A stretch of 64,000 nt of DNA from Phoronis australis (lineage: Eukaryota > Animalia > Phoronida). The stretch lies in contig NMRA01000188.1 in the NCBI GenBank assembly GCA_002633005.1, positions 1 to 64,000 on the forward strand, given 5' to 3'. Shown one piece after another: positions 63,301 through 64,000 of this stretch. Position 1 is the first letter of the stretch. Each line of letters starts with the position of its first letter. The notes beneath the pieces are model-generated. The model ran no database searches. It worked only from the letters and a program-made list of their open reading frames with translations, and was not told where the DNA came from. The position numbers and the translations under genes were made by a program.

Positions 63301-63750
63301 TCGTTCTGAATGACTAATTCTCAACCATGCGTGTAATGCTTTTCCAACGCGCTGACACGGTTTTCGAGACTTGCAAAGTCCATATCAATATCCGCCTTGA
63401 AGGATTTTAGCTCGATATCAATAGAATTTGTAATCTCATTGCGTATTTTATCCATTTTGGATTCAAACGTTTTTCTAAGCCCATGTTGAGCAGACTTTAG
63501 ATTTCGGATTTCTTTCATTATGAGTTCAGATATCTCACCTTGATGATCACGTGGAGCTGGGGAGGTCGGCATGCTTGATATAGCTTCACTAATTGTAGGC
63601 TGAGAATTAAACTTTTTTCTACCTTGATCACCTGTACGGTTCATAGTTGTCCTTAACTCGCTACTGTCCTTGCTTGGTTTACGTTTACGTACAATTTGCC
63701 ACTCGGAAACATCCATTGAGTGGGAGCCAATTTAAAAGGTTGCCGCCATT
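60329..63750 (-). mobile_element. Decayed, 3'-truncated LINE (CR1/L2 group) with ORF1 and ORF2
   Basis: ORF1 pieces 63716-63321 (coiled-coil-like) and 63197-62871; endonuclease IIGVVETHL..WYGHNR, CSYLPP, ICGDFN; RT KATGIDGIP, NYRGISLL, EEQNGFR, GVMQGDPLSPTLF, LLYADD; many frameshifts. Confidence 0.9.
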
Positions 63751-63786
63751 GTTCGAGCATGCGCACTCTGATATGTTAGACACCAG

Positions 63787-63937
63787 CCTCCCGTTCAGTA
63801 ACGCTAGGACCTCGTTAAAAAGCAAGACTTCGCGAGATTACGTGAGATATTGCCATGCATTTCAAATGACAACACGTGATTTTGACTAGGTTTTAGCTAG
63901 GTCCTAGCGTAGGTCCTAGCGTCTACTGAACGCACGC
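63787..63937 (+). mobile_element. Harbinger-type MITE, copy 3
   Basis: Near-identical to copies 1 and 2, with a short TAGGTCCTAGCG duplication; TSD CAG/CAG. Confidence 0.8.
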
Positions 63938-64000
63938 CAGGTGTCAATGCCATATGATCAGAACAACCAATCAAATGCCGGGAAAATGTTGTAGCCATAC

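Overview
AT-rich, intron-containing, transposon-dense eukaryotic DNA, most likely from an invertebrate animal; the species cannot be determined from the sequence. The only host genes I can support form a minus-strand tandem array of five paralogues (A-E) of a 4-coding-exon ATP-grasp amino-acid ligase resembling the catalytic C-terminal half of carnosine synthase (CARNS1) and bacterial L-amino-acid ligases. Copies C (23559-34682) and D (46765-49867) splice cleanly (309+159+219+699 nt, all phase-0 GT-AG introns) into 461-aa stand-alone single-domain proteins with unusual predicted active-site residues. Copies A, B and E are pseudogenes, each broken differently. C and D lie in a roughly 23-kb tandem segmental duplication, and a conserved upstream block suggests a further copy left of the window. 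The rest is a layered set of decayed elements (Tx1, CR1/L2-group and HERO-like LINEs, a tRNA-derived SINE, and P, Kolobok, Harbinger, hAT and pogo-like DNA transposons and MITEs), several delimited by TSDs and paralogous empty sites. All family assignments are from motif recognition and recalled sequences, not database searches.
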